Shown piece after piece: positions 27,547-39,816 of a DNA stretch of 64,000 nucleotides (the stretch's first letter is position 1; every line of letters begins with the position of its first letter). The DNA lies in contig JARDVH010000149.1 in the NCBI GenBank assembly GCA_030324005.1, positions 22,080,116 through 22,144,115 of the forward strand, written 5' to 3'. Source of the stretch: Negaprion brevirostris. Its lineage: Eukaryota. The position numbers were made by a program, and so were the translations under genes. Below the pieces are notes generated by a model. The model made no database searches, was not told where the DNA came from, and was given only the letters and a program-made list of their open reading frames with translations.

Positions 27547-27828
27547 GTTTGTAAATTTCTGACAAAATCCTCAGCAAACTAGTGTAATGTTTTTGAAGAA
27601 GCAGAAGTAATGTATTTGAGCTGGTCCAATAATTAAATAGTTGGTTGGTTTAATACAGTAAAATTGTTAATGCAGTTAACATCGAAGCCACGAGCATGTG
27701 TGCCTGCAGTAAACTTCAGTGCATCAACAAGAATTATGGAATAAAATTACTTTTGTTTAATTGCTGTTTTTTTTACTGACAATAATAAAATTTAGAAAAA
27801 TAATTCTGGTTTTCCTTTTTGGCTTTAG

Positions 27829-27873
27829 GTTATGGGGCACCATATGGTTACAGTGCTGCTGCCCCAGCTTACG
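27829..27873 (+). CDS. STRBP: STRBP penultimate 45-nt exon (GYGAPYGYSAAAPAY)
   Basis: ttccttttt..tttag| acceptor, ACG|gtatgt donor, phase 1-1. Matches STRBP 'GYGTPYGYSTAAPAY'. Confidence 0.94.
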
Positions 27874-29795
27874 GTATGTATGGCAACGCAATGGATTATG
27901 ACTCTAAGATGACTGTCATTTCCTTAGTGCCTTAATCTAGAACATGTATATCTCTGCATTGTGCAGAGATATATATATGTATGTGAACACTGACAACCCT
28001 TCAAGTACTCAAAGTCCCTTTCCTGGTTTTTGAATGTATATTCAACCATGGTGAAAATATTTCAAATTTCCACAGCTCACTTTTGATTTTCACTTGTTAT
28101 GTTTGTAAAGTAGGATTACAGGGAGTGTGGAATATATTATGAATTCATAAAATTATGGAGTATTTTCCCAAAAGCAGTATGAACTTTTATTATCTTACGT
28201 ACTTTGAAGGGTTCAATGTTACATTGAATTAAAACACAAGGTATTGTTTTTAAGTAGCAACTAGTTCATTCTGATTTACATACTTGTACAAAAACAGTCC
28301 AATTGTCGTTTTGACCCAATTTAAAACTCAGTAGAAGAAATCAGCATAACCTTGTGGTTCTTCTCATGGTTGGAGCTCCTCCTTGCAAAGATTTGTCCAG
28401 TTGTAAAGGGACTGCTTGTAAACTGCTTGTCCCCTTCCATGCCAGAGTGTACATTTTATTAAATGTAGTCCCAGTGCTTACAGCCATTAGATGCTCTATT
28501 CAAAGCAAACTGCACTGCCAGACAAATTAACAAGTTGACTGCATTAACATTTATTTAGTTCACTGCTGCAATTACTCTTCTTCCATAGCCTTAAGCAGGC
28601 ATAATTAATTTTAAAGTTGTAAATGTAAAATGAACCTTAATTACTTGAAATGTAACAGCATTTGTGTTTGTAAAATTTGAATTTTTAATTCTGATGTTAT
28701 TGAATAATATGCCATTTTCAAATTTGGCTAATTTTTTCAATCAGTTATTACAATTTCAAGGAACTGTGGAACATGGATATATTGTGGTTATTTAGCTTCA
28801 AAATTATAACCCAGTTGATTAGCAGCAAAACAGGTGGAACGTCAACACTTATGCCCATCTCACGGGTTGGCTTTTTACAGTGTGCTATCCTTGACAGCTG
28901 AAGGACTTAGTGAAATGGCTGCAATTTTAGGCACTAGTGTGACTTTGGAAAATATTTAATCTTGTTAACAAGTTTGTCTGTGGCCAAAATGAATCCCTCC
29001 CCAACTGATAAACTTGTTGCTTTGTTCCTAATTTTCCCAATTTTTCAAATTTTTACACTCAACTTAATCATTACCTTGTTTAACCCTGGTTGAGGCTATA
29101 ATGAGGAAAGGATTTAAACTTGATTTAAAATTGGCAGTTAAAGTATTCAAGATGAACAGCAGCATTATTAGTATTCTAATCTAGTAAGTTACCATTTTAA
29201 GGACTTAATTTTAAGTTTGTATTTTTCTAGTAAACAAAGCAAGCCCTTAAGCCCTTTTTCAGGGACATTTAAGCCTGTGACCCACTTTCAGTATAACAGG
29301 TAAATGTTTAACACTGGAAAGGTATATCAATTGGCTCAAGCTTTTACAACCTTTTGACTGTTCATACACCTTTGTTGTATTGTCAAATACATTTTCTAAT
29401 GTTAGAACAATACTGACAGATTTCCATAATTTACTAAAATAAGCTCGATTTAATCACAAAAACTGGCACCATGCTGTTGCTTTGAATGAGCCTTATGTGC
29501 AAATGATGACAAGCAAATGTAAGATTTATTTGGAGCCTGAGTTGGGCTGCACACGTGAGCGGTTTGAGTATCACATGAGTTCCAAATATAAATCTGCAAA
29601 GTTTGCTATTACAGTCACAGCTGGCATGTGTCTGAAATAACTTACCTGATGTATTTCTAAAATCAATCCTGAACACTACAGTTTGTATTTTGTCAGTTTG
29701 GTGTGCAGCAATGTTCAACGAGGTCCAAATTAATGTTATTTCCTAGAAATAATCATTGTCATCATTTCTCACATAAAGGCCCTGTGTTTTTCCAG

Positions 29796-29871
29796 TGTCT
29801 AGATGTGATGCAAAACAATATTTGACACGGCTGTTTTCTTGGCTGTAGGTTGAAAGTGTCTTAATGCCTTT
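29796..29871 (+). CDS. STRBP: Candidate hidden alternative exon of STRBP encoding VSRCDAKQYLTRLFSWL* (stop 29846-29848)
   Basis: tgtgtttttccag| acceptor with CTCAC branch-point motif at 29768-29772. Phase-1 compatible with the 27873 donor. Candidate donor TTT|gtaagc at 29872; TGCATG at 29881. Confidence 0.45.
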
Positions 29872-30548
29872 GTAAGCTGTTGCATGTTGGGAAATTTGCA
29901 CTTCAGTCATCTGGTGCTGTTAAAACACCTACTGTTGCTGCTTTGTGATTTCTAATGAAGATAAAAATTGAGAATAAGAAATCTGTCTAGATACTTAGAA
30001 TTCTGTGAGGCCACAAGAACTTAGTATTCAACCAAATAACATTAATTAACAACCCGTAGACCTTTCCAGATCTGCTGTTCAAATAACTTGTGGAATAACT
30101 TTTCTGTAGATGACATTCGATTTAGATACAATCTTGAGAAAAATAGATAGTGTGGTCTTTTGTGGAAGCATGATGTAAATTTATGGTAGCATCTGTAGTG
30201 AACATTTGCTGCCCAAATGTGCTAGGAACTACACTTTTAAATGATTTGGAATTCTAATTTCCTGCAGACACTGTTGTATCAAGATAAAGATTGGAGTGTA
30301 ACAATCAATGTCCAAGTCCACCTCCAATGCGAAAACAACTTATTTGTACGTTTAGTTGAAATAATTTTCATTTTTTCAAATTGTTCCAGTGTTAACCGTT
30401 GCTGATTATTAAATCTGGCAAAATATTCCATTAAAAGATAGAAAGGTTCTGCTTCACTGCAGGAACACTTATTAGAGGGAAAATGAAAGCTTTCTGAGTT
30501 AAGAAAGAGAGAATATTTTACTAACATAATGGAATTGTATAATGAAAA

Positions 30549-30833
30549 GGACAGCACAGTGGCGTAGCGGTTAGCACCGCTGCCTCACAGCGCCAGGGAC
30601 TTGGATTCGATTCCCAGCTTGAGTCATTGTGAGGGGTTTGCACGTTCTCTCTGTGTCTGCGTGGGTTTCCTCCCGGTACTCTGGTTTCCTCCCAGAGTCC
30701 GAAAGACATGCTGGTTAGGTGCGTTAGCTGTGCTAAATTCTCCCTCAGTATACCCGAGTGTCAAGGGGATTTTCAAAGTAACTTCATTGCAGTGTTAATG
30801 TAAGACTACTTGTGACACTAATAAATAAACTTT
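30549..30833 (+). mobile_element. V-SINE, variant with a different 3' tail
   Basis: Head 'ggacagcacagtggcgtagcggttagcaccgctgcctcacagcgccagggac', V-domain, tail ending 'ataaataaacttt'. Confidence 0.8.
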
Positions 30834-31403
30834 AAAAATCTTTTAAAAATGCTGCTCCAGTGGTTTATTTTGTATTCTGTTTTCTTTAAACTACATGAAT
30901 TAAATAGATACCTCAATTTGTTATATAGAATTAGCAGCATTGCAGCCATACTTAGTAGCCCATTTAATAATTGTGTGATACTATTTCTGCCCCGATATCC
31001 TTTTCCACAATGTCAGATTTTATCCCAAATGAATCTATTTTGCAAATAATAAATTTATGTTCAGCAAGATAAGTTTTATTTTTAAAAATAGCATGTAAAG
31101 AAATGTTCAAAGCTTCGTGGTTTCCAGTACTTACTTAAAAGTACAATATGGGGACGGATGTGGATAAAATGTGAAGTTTCCACACATTGTTGATTTACAG
31201 TTTCTGCTTGTTAGCATTAATTTTAATGCTGAGAATTTGTCAGCTTGCTCAATAAAATTAGATGGTATATATAAAGAAAAATAAATAAGTTGAAATTGAA
31301 TGGCTAATCTGGAAAGATCTATGGTAACAGAACCTTATATTCTTAAGTCAATTTAATGGACCATTAAACTTATTTGGGGTCCTTTCGTTTCTTCTCTCTA
31401 TAG

Positions 31404-31486
31404 GTTTGCCAGGCAAGAGAATGCTTCTGTTCCCTGTTATGAAAATTCCAACATCTCCTGTTCCCCTTTACTCCTTTTTCAGCTAA
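31404..31486 (+). CDS. STRBP: STRBP canonical terminal coding exon (GLPGKRMLLFPVMKIPTSPVPLYSFFS*)
   Basis: cttctctctatag| acceptor, phase 1, TAA at 31484-31486. Homologous to the mammalian end '[25 protein letters not shown]'. Confidence 0.93.
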
Positions 31487-32990
31487 TTACTGTATTAGAA
31501 GCCTAACAACTGATTCTGATCACAATAGCAAAAAAAGTGAGCATTAGGAGAAAAAAGTTGCTTTTTTAATTAAATTTCTTTTGAAAATGTTGTATGAAGC
31601 AAATTATTTGTAAAATAATTTTTCCTATCTTTTTGATTTTAACAAAAAGGCTTAGTTCATTAAAACTTGAAGATGTACTGTGAAATGTTACCTCATTCTC
31701 AATATAACTTATGCCAGCCTTCTGTGGTAGAAAGTAATAAACTTTAAAAAGAAAAACCTCACAAACATTTTAATTGATTTATAGCTTCTGAAGAATTTTA
31801 TGGAAGCTTATTTGTGAAGGATGTATAGATAATAGATCTCTGATCACAAATAAACACTTTCTGTTTCAGAACCAGCCAGCGTATTGCCTGTTTTATAAAT
31901 CTCTTTATGTAGCAAAGCCTTAACCCAGTATTGTGCATATGCTCTGTACTGGCCATCATTTGTGTAATGAAAATGGTGTTTTCCCTCCTGAAATTTTATA
32001 ATTAGTTTGTATTAATTTATTTCAAAATTTAGTTTGTGTTGTTCCAAAACACTCAAGTTAGGTCAAATTGGTGGTAAGTCTTATACAAATGATGGAAGCT
32101 GCAAATGAGCTAATATACCTATGTCCTTCCTAAGATCCTGGTATGAAGCATGTGTGTTAAAATTGGCTTAAGGCTATCTTGCCTCCATAATATTATATTT
32201 GGTTCTTGTGGCCTTTTTTATAGTTACTGAGATGCATCTTGACTTTGCATTAGTTGCTTCTAGGTAGATAGGTTTTTAATTGATGAGCTGTAGTACAAAA
32301 ACAAAAAAATCTCCTTTTCTAAGGATCTTTTTCCCACTGCACAAAATGAAGAATCTGAAGCAGCAACAAGGTCCCCATGGATATTCGCTACTTAATTGTC
32401 CCAATTCTTGTTGAGTGCTGCTGTTTTTTTTAAAAAGTGACACGTCTCACCCATGGGCCATCATTCTTGCATCATTGTCAAGCCTAACAGAACTTCAGAT
32501 GCTTGTGTTTATATAATTGTTAACCAACATTTTTTTATCCCGATGCCCTTTTTGTGTATATGCATGCCTTTTGTGAAAATGATATGCCACTTTTATAGGC
32601 TTTGAGAATTATTTTAAGATCATCCTTGATTACATCACTTTCTTCCTAAGATTAAGGTACCAATCAGTTTGTTTGCAGTTTATTCCTGAGAAGGACACCT
32701 TCCTCTTAAAATCTTTTGACTTTATTGGACTGTGGTAAGGATGGAAGTCAATGATAGCAGTTTATCAAGGTGTGTACGAAAAGTCAGACTTAATTCTAAA
32801 TTGACCAGTATGTTAAGAATTTCGTGCTAGGGATCTTGATACTCTGTTAGGAAAGTGCTTAAAGGGACATGAAGCATGAGATTTCTTACCAAAATTGCAA
32901 ATCCCTACTTAATAAAATCTGAAAGATTGTATATTTTCCACTGCAAAACCCCTTAACAAATATGTGCATATGCTGCACTTGTGAAACGCA
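31487..32990 (+). other. STRBP: Putative STRBP 3' UTR of the canonical last exon
   Basis: Repeat-free AU-rich stretch after the stop, with AATAAA at 31736, 31849 and 32911. The end is uncertain; a CR1 begins at ~33004. Confidence 0.55.
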
Positions 32991-33003
32991 AAATATGTAT
33001 ATT

Positions 33004-34480
33004 ATAGAATCATACAGCATAGAAATAGATTATTCAGCCCATTATATCTGTGTCAGTTCTTTGAAAAATCAATCCAGTTAGTCCAGTTCTCCTGCCCTTT
33101 CTCTAAGAACTGATTTTTTTTCCCCCAAGTATTTATCCAGTTACCCTCTGAGAGTTATTAAATCTAATTCTTCTACTATCAGGCAGTGCATTCTTTAATA
33201 AGTTGCCAAGTTCTTCACTTCTGCCATCCTTTGTGTGAGGAGGTTTCTCCTAATTTATCTCCTAATGGCCGCCTTATGATTTTAAAGCTATGTTTCTTGT
33301 TTTAAAATCCCCAACCAGTGGGAAATTTTTCTCTCCATCTAATCAATCATTTCAAAATCCTTTAAAAAAAACTTAATTGAATCACCCCTTAGCCTACTAT
33401 ATCCCAGGAGATACCAGAAAACCTAATTTATGTGATCTCTCAATGTCATCTAACTCTTGGAGCCATGGTGACATCCCCTTCCAAATGCAATGCCCAGAAT
33501 TGGACACACTTCACCAGCTGGGACCTAACCGGTGATTTACAATAGTTTAGCATAGTTTTCTTGCTTTTGTTCTCTATTATTCTATTTACAAAGCCACGCA
33601 CCCCATTTGCTTTAGTTTAAACAACTCTGCTCCATTTCCTGCCACCTGCCATCTTCTGTATAGGGCACTGGTGAGGCCGCAGCTGGAGTTCTGTGTGCAA
33701 TTTTGGTCGCCGCACTTACGCAAGGATATTTTGGTCTTGGAGGGAGTGCAGAGGAGGTTTACTAGGCTGATACCGGANNNNNNNNNNNNNNNNNNNNNNN
33801 NNNNNNNNNNNNNNNNNNNNNNNNNNNNNNNNNNNNNNNNNNNNNNNNNNNNNNNNNNNNNNNNNNNNNNNNNNNNNTGGCAGGGCAGGCTCGAGGGGCT
33901 AGATGGCCTACTCCTGCTCCTATTTCTTATGTTCTTATTACAAAGATTTGCATACAAACACCAATGTCTTATTATCCTTGCATCCCCTTAAAATTGTAAT
34001 TTAGTTTATATTACCCAGTAAATTATGTTTAAATTTATATATTATGTATCATAAATTCAAATATAGTTATATATAAATATATATTTCCGACTGAAATGCA
34101 TCACTTCACACTTCTGTTAAATTGCATCGACTGTCTGTCGGCCCGTTTTGCCAGCCTGTCTCTATCCTCCTGAATTCTGTTTCTGTCCGCCTGACTGATT
34201 ACTACATTTTTTGAGTTTCATTCAGACTTTGAAATCATGCCCTATATATTCAAGATCAGATCCTTAATATATTTCAAGGACAGCAAGACCAAATCATTAA
34301 TATAGCTATCAAGGATAGCCAATGATCCTAGTAGCTGAACCCTGGAGGTATGACTGTTTACTTCTCTCCAGCCTGTAAAACAGCTGTTCATCACTGCTTT
34401 CAACCTCTTTGCCAATTTCATATCTATATTATTGCCCTCTTAACCTGTGGGCCTCAATTTTGCTCACATGTCATTGCATT
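33004..34480 (-). mobile_element. Older CR1 LINE 3' part, interrupted by a younger + strand CR1
   Basis: Antisense CR1 tail 'atagaatcatacagcatagaa', 'cccagaattggacacact'. Continues after 33940. Confidence 0.65.
33654..33937 (+). mobile_element. Young CR1 3' fragment nested in the older CR1
   Basis: '[40 protein letters not shown]' and tail 'ggcctactcctgctcctatttcttatgttctt'. CpGs retained. Confidence 0.85.
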
Positions 34481-34864
34481 TGGAGTTTTAAATGGGATAA
34501 CTTATTTTCTTTATTTTAAACTCAGACTGTACGATATAACTTCAGTAAACTACTGAAAATTAAATATTCATTACATTGATGCTTGCTACAATATCTTCAT
34601 TAATTGATATATGTATATATAATTATTAATGCAGTAATGCTGGATAAAGTATGAGCTTCACTGCCCTGTTAGAGCACATTTACATTTGATGGCTGGTGAC
34701 ACTTGATTACTGCCATTTGCAGAACAATTGTCAGCCTATCAGTTATATAATCCTTTGGCTTCTTATATTCATCAAGACTGTTTCCTACAAACCCAGAACA
34801 AGTATATTTTGAATTAATTTAACATAAGCAAGAATTTTAAGGCACGAGTTAAATTGAGTTTGCG

Positions 34865-35250
34865 GGGAGATGGTGAGTTGAGTGGCATTGTCACTGGACT
34901 GGTAGCCTAGAGGCTCAGGCTAATGCTCTGAAGGCACATGTTAAAATCCTACCATGGTGGCTTGTAGAATTTGAATATATTTGATAAATCTGGAATGTAA
35001 AGGTGGTCTTAGGAATGGTGACCCTGCACCTACCATCAATTATTCTAAAAGCATATGTCCTCCCGTGAATGAAATCTATCATTTTTACCCAGGCTGGCCT
35101 ATATGTGACTCCAGACCCACAGCAATGTGGTTGACACTTAACTGCCTTCTGAAATGGCTTAACAAACCACTCATTTCAAGGGAATTAGGAATGATCAACA
35201 AATGTTGGCTTTGCCAGTGACATCCACATCCCGTAAAAGAATAAGAAAAA
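34865..35250 (+). mobile_element. Shark tRNA-derived SINE (family B)
   Basis: Matches the 48520, 53118 and 60537 copies. Confidence 0.8.
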
Positions 35251-35429
35251 GGCCTCTATTGATGACCTAAACTTCTAAATTGGTGCTTATGCACCAATGG
35301 GAATAATTGATTATAGGGAAATGTTTTATCATTTCTTTACAGTAGAAAAGATGTTGCGTTATTGAGTATTTGGTGGCTGAGTTATTTCCTTCATAATGCT
35401 GACTGAGATACTGGATTGCCTCTTTATTC

Positions 35430-35605
35430 AACTATTCAAGAGGCAGCTGGATATATCACTTTGGTCAAATGGAATCAAAGATTATGGGAAAAAAGAAAGA
35501 TTAGGCTATTGAGTTGGATGATCAGCATTGATTGTAATGAATGGCAGAGCAGGCTCAAAGGGTCAAATGGCCTCCTCCTGCTCCTATCTTCCATGTTTTT
35601 ATGTT
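35430..35605 (+). mobile_element. CR1 3' tail fragment
   Basis: 'gaatggcagagcaggctcaaagggtcaaatggcctcctcctgctcctat'. Other short CR1-type tails at ~25275-25350 and ~41060-41205. Confidence 0.7.
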
Positions 35606-37379
35606 TGTGTGCCACAACCTGTTTGGCTGGGATGCCACAAGGGATAACTATAACCCATTTTTACTGACTTGTACCAATAAATTCATGGCTTTTTCTGGTG
35701 AATTGCTTTTTGTAAAGCAATAATTCATCTCCAGTTTGAGGGGTACATCACTGAAAATTTCCCAACTTTTTTTCTGGTTGAATATCTGATCCAGCACTGT
35801 GTGCAGATTGTATTGGTGGCAATTGCACACATTGCATGCTAATTACCAGCAGTTTTTATTATTTCAACATCAGTGTGACTGGAACAACAACAATAAATCT
35901 GATTATCTAATCTTAATTTAAATAAAACCATCTAAATCTTATGTGAGAATCCCATATAAATAATGTCAATGACTGTAAACACTTGTGTTTTATTTAACTA
36001 GACTACTTTGTCATTCTCCTTTTGCATGTTGGTGATGTTTAAATTAAAAACTGCTTTTTATAATTTGCTGTGAAGTTTTGCAGGTTTTTTTCAAAGCTGA
36101 CTAAGCAATTTATTTTTTGGATGAGTGATGTGAACTTTTTCTCACCCTCTGTCAAGAGAGAAATGTTGACTTTGAAATGATAAGGAATACCACAGTCCAT
36201 TGACATTTACAAATCCTTTTAAAGGGTGGTGACTGGAGGATATTTCATCAACATTTAAGTATTATAGTTTTGATCTTCAGCTTTGTTTATTGCTCACTGC
36301 ATATGATTTATTATGCATCTAATCCTTGTGTATATAAAATGAATTAAGTAGGTACATTTTGATGACCAAGAATATATAGGAATGACCCAGGTACGTAACT
36401 CATCTAATTCTATATGTCTCCTAACACCTTTCAATTTATGAAATACCTAGTAATACTAATAGGCCCTGGGTACTTTGGCTGGAAAAATTCAGAAAGATAA
36501 TGTTACTGTTGCCTGGTGATTGTGGTGTTCATGTTTAATCATTATTACAAATGGGAATACTTTTTTCCTTTTGATTTGTTTTCACTATAATCACAGTTCT
36601 ATATGCAATATTGTATTAAAACTGAATTCTTACAATTTGCTGCCTGTGTGCAGTGCTGAACACTGTCAAACAGTCAAACACAATAATTGGATGATGGTTT
36701 GCAATCCCACCTAAGAAGAAACAGGACTAAGGCAGCGTCCTTATGCAATGCTCGTATATCAATTATAGGGCAATGGTTGCAGAATTATGGCTTTTATTCC
36801 CAATACAGTGATTAACCTTAGCCAGACACATGGGGAAGAGGTCCTAAGCTAAACCAAAAAACAGAAAGGAAAAAGCGGAGACCAATTCATGCTGGTCAGA
36901 ATCTCAGTACTAATGGAGTCAGCAGTATGAAACCAGCTTCAAATTTGCTCTTCTCGTTGCACCACAGAGATTTGGATGTTCTACACAACTCTAATGAAAG
37001 AGAAAGTGCAGATTTGGTTTGTTAAAATTTTTAAACTATTTTTGCTATCATTGGCTTCTTCCTTTTCATATGTAAAGTGGGGGGTGTTGGGGGGAGGTCT
37101 TGAACAGTGCCTGATGATAATGGATACTGTAAGCCTTGCCTCTGTCTACATCCAGCATGTTGAAACTATTCTGAATGGCTTCGTATTGGTANNNNNNNNN
37201 NATAAGCTAATTAGTAAAGATAGCTTTTTGTGCTTGGGTGTGACTCAAATGAACAGTAAGTGGAACGATTCCATGCGATTAAGGATTTGGAATTTATTTC
37301 GGACTGCCAAGGATAGGAGCTTTCCACCATACAGCAGAATTTCATCTTCTTTTGATCATGAAATTCCATCCTTTTAATT

Positions 37380-38340
37380 TTTTCCAACCTTTCTCAGCAT
37401 GGGAAGACATCACTCAGCCTTTAATCGATCACATGTCCAGTCTGGCTTTTACTTCCAGTTGATCTAATTACAGTCTCAATCGCTCAATTTCTGCGATTGG
37501 GAGATGCAGAGGCTTTGACCACTCACCCCTCCTCCTCCTCAGTCACTGCTGCTGCCCACGTGCATTGGATCCTCGTCTTCGTGCTGTCCGCTGCAAGGGT
37601 TGCTTCTGCTGGCAGAGGATGACTGGATCGTTTGGCCAATCTCAGGCTCTATTACTGATAGAGCAACTGGATCCCAGCTCAACCATAGTCTGTTTCTTGA
37701 CTTCAGGCTCTGGTTCCGGCACCAGCTGTGGGATAGAGGGATGGAGACAGTAGTCTCAGCCACATCCTGCTCTCAGCAGCAGTTGCCACTTTCAGCTGCC
37801 TCTAGCTTGGACAACCCAGAATCCTGGTGCTGTCCAAGTGCCCAGTGATTGAAGAGCCTGGTGTCTTGCACGGTTTGTGCACTCAGAGCCTGATCTGCTA
37901 ATCCTCAGGGAGTTAGATCCAAGTGTACCAGCTGAAGAGGATTCCTACTGGCAGCAAGGATAGCAACAGGGATGACGAGCCAAGTTTGGAGAAGGTGAAG
38001 AAATCCAGATAAGGTGGGAGGGTGTAGAAGGAAGGTGGGTGAGAGTGATTCTGGGTGGGGAGAGATGGAAGGGTTGAGTGAGTGGAGATGGGTGNNNNNN
38101 NNNNNNNNNNNNNNNNNNNNNNNNNNNNNNNNNNNNNNNNNNNNNNNNNNNNNNNNNNNNNNNNNNNNNNNNNNNNNNNNNNNNNNNNNNNNNNCGGAAG
38201 GGATGAGTGAGAAAGCGGGTTGGGAAGGGAGGGGTGAGTGAATGAGTGAGGGGGAGGTGGTTTGGGAAAAAGAGCTATGGGTGAGTGGGGGGCTGGTGGT
38301 TGGGCAAGGAATGTGTGATGGGGAGAGAATCTAATTACAG
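37380..38340. repeat. GC-richer repeat-derived block ending in a G/A-rich low-complexity tract with an N gap
   Basis: Composition shift and (GGGA/GAGT)-type purine tract at 38010-38330. Family not identified. Confidence 0.4.
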
Positions 38341-39816
38341 TGTGGGTGAAGAAAGGGTTTCCATGAATCTTCTGACACTATGGAACATAAAAGCTTGGCT
38401 GAAACCTACATGAATGTTATAAAATGGATTTTTCAAAAGTGCTTTACAAACACAGATTTTCATTTTTATATGATGAATTATGTTGATAAGCTGACTTTAA
38501 TACCTACGTGCAGAATGCTACTATTATTTTATTGCTGTTTTTGCTGGCGGAGGGCACATGAATTTTCAAGCTTTTTTATATATATTATATATATATATAA
38601 AACATACACATATATTTGTTCATGGAATGCAGGCATTGCTGGCAAGGCCAGGCTTTGTTACCATTTTTAATTGCCCTTGAGAAGTTGGTGGTGAGTATGG
38701 AGCCACATTGGAAAATAGTTTGCAAAAACTGTTATATTCCTTTGCTTCACTTCGCTTCGCATGCACCTCGTCCAGCAAGGTCATGTTCTGTTGTTCATGC
38801 ACTAACTGCTGAAATGCTGAGGTCACTATGGTGATTTGCTACAGACACATTGGAAGTAATTGAAGATAACAAAGGGAAAGCTAATGTTTTCACCCGCTCA
38901 AAGTCTAATAATTCCACCCATTTCAAGTGGCTTAGACATACATGCATTTTTGCTACAGATCATAAAAGATGCTCTGNNNNNNNNNNNNNNNNNNNNNNNN
39001 NNNNNNNNNNNNNNNNNNNNNNNNNNNNNNNNNNNNNNNNNNNNNNNNNNNNNNNNNNNNNNNNNNNNNNNNNNNNNNNNNNNNNNNNNNNNNNNNNNNN
39101 NNNNNNNNNNNNNNNNNNNNNNNNNNNNNNNNNNNNNNNNNNNNNNNNNNNNNNNNNNNNNNNNNNNNNNNNNNNNNNNNNNNNNNNNNNNNNNNNNNNN
39201 NNNNAATAAATTCAGAAATATTTGTCCAAATGCAATCCCTCAACTGTAATGTTGAAATTATCTTTGCAACAATTCTTGTTGCTTTGCAAGGCGGTCTTAA
39301 TTTCATGGACATTCATACTGTTGGCTTTTGTGATTTGCAAGGCCGAATTTTGAACACGTGCCATTTATTGTCCCAAGTTCTATTCAGTTTGTTTTGCTGA
39401 CCTTTAGATAAAACAATATTTGATGTTAGCATTACTGCTGCTTATAACTTTGTCAAATTCAAACATGTTAGTCATATCCCAGAACGTAGATCTATCAGCA
39501 AGCAGTTGTACACTTCCAAAATGATGCTTGAGATTGTTTCATAATGTATAAACTTTTTGTTTATTCCAAGTGACTAACCACAATGTCTGAAACTCCAGTT
39601 GCTGAAAATTTTACATTTCTCTGCTTTATTTAAAATGAGCTTTTTATCAAAGTAGGAAATGTGTGACTTGAATGCCTTTGACAAAGAATGTCCCGTTTGC
39701 AATGAAAATTCCACATACAGCTAAAGGAGCAGAGAAATATAAATGCTAATGGAACAGCTTCACTGCAGTGATAATTAATGTGCAGTTTTGCTTCTCTGCT
39801 TTTTTCCTTACTGTAG

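Noticed and set aside
29849-29871. Alternative 23-nt micro-exon using the TAG at 29846-48 as acceptor (G-TGA stop)
   Set aside because: Possible, but the 29795 acceptor has a better pyrimidine tract and branch-point motif. Treated as part of the main finding.
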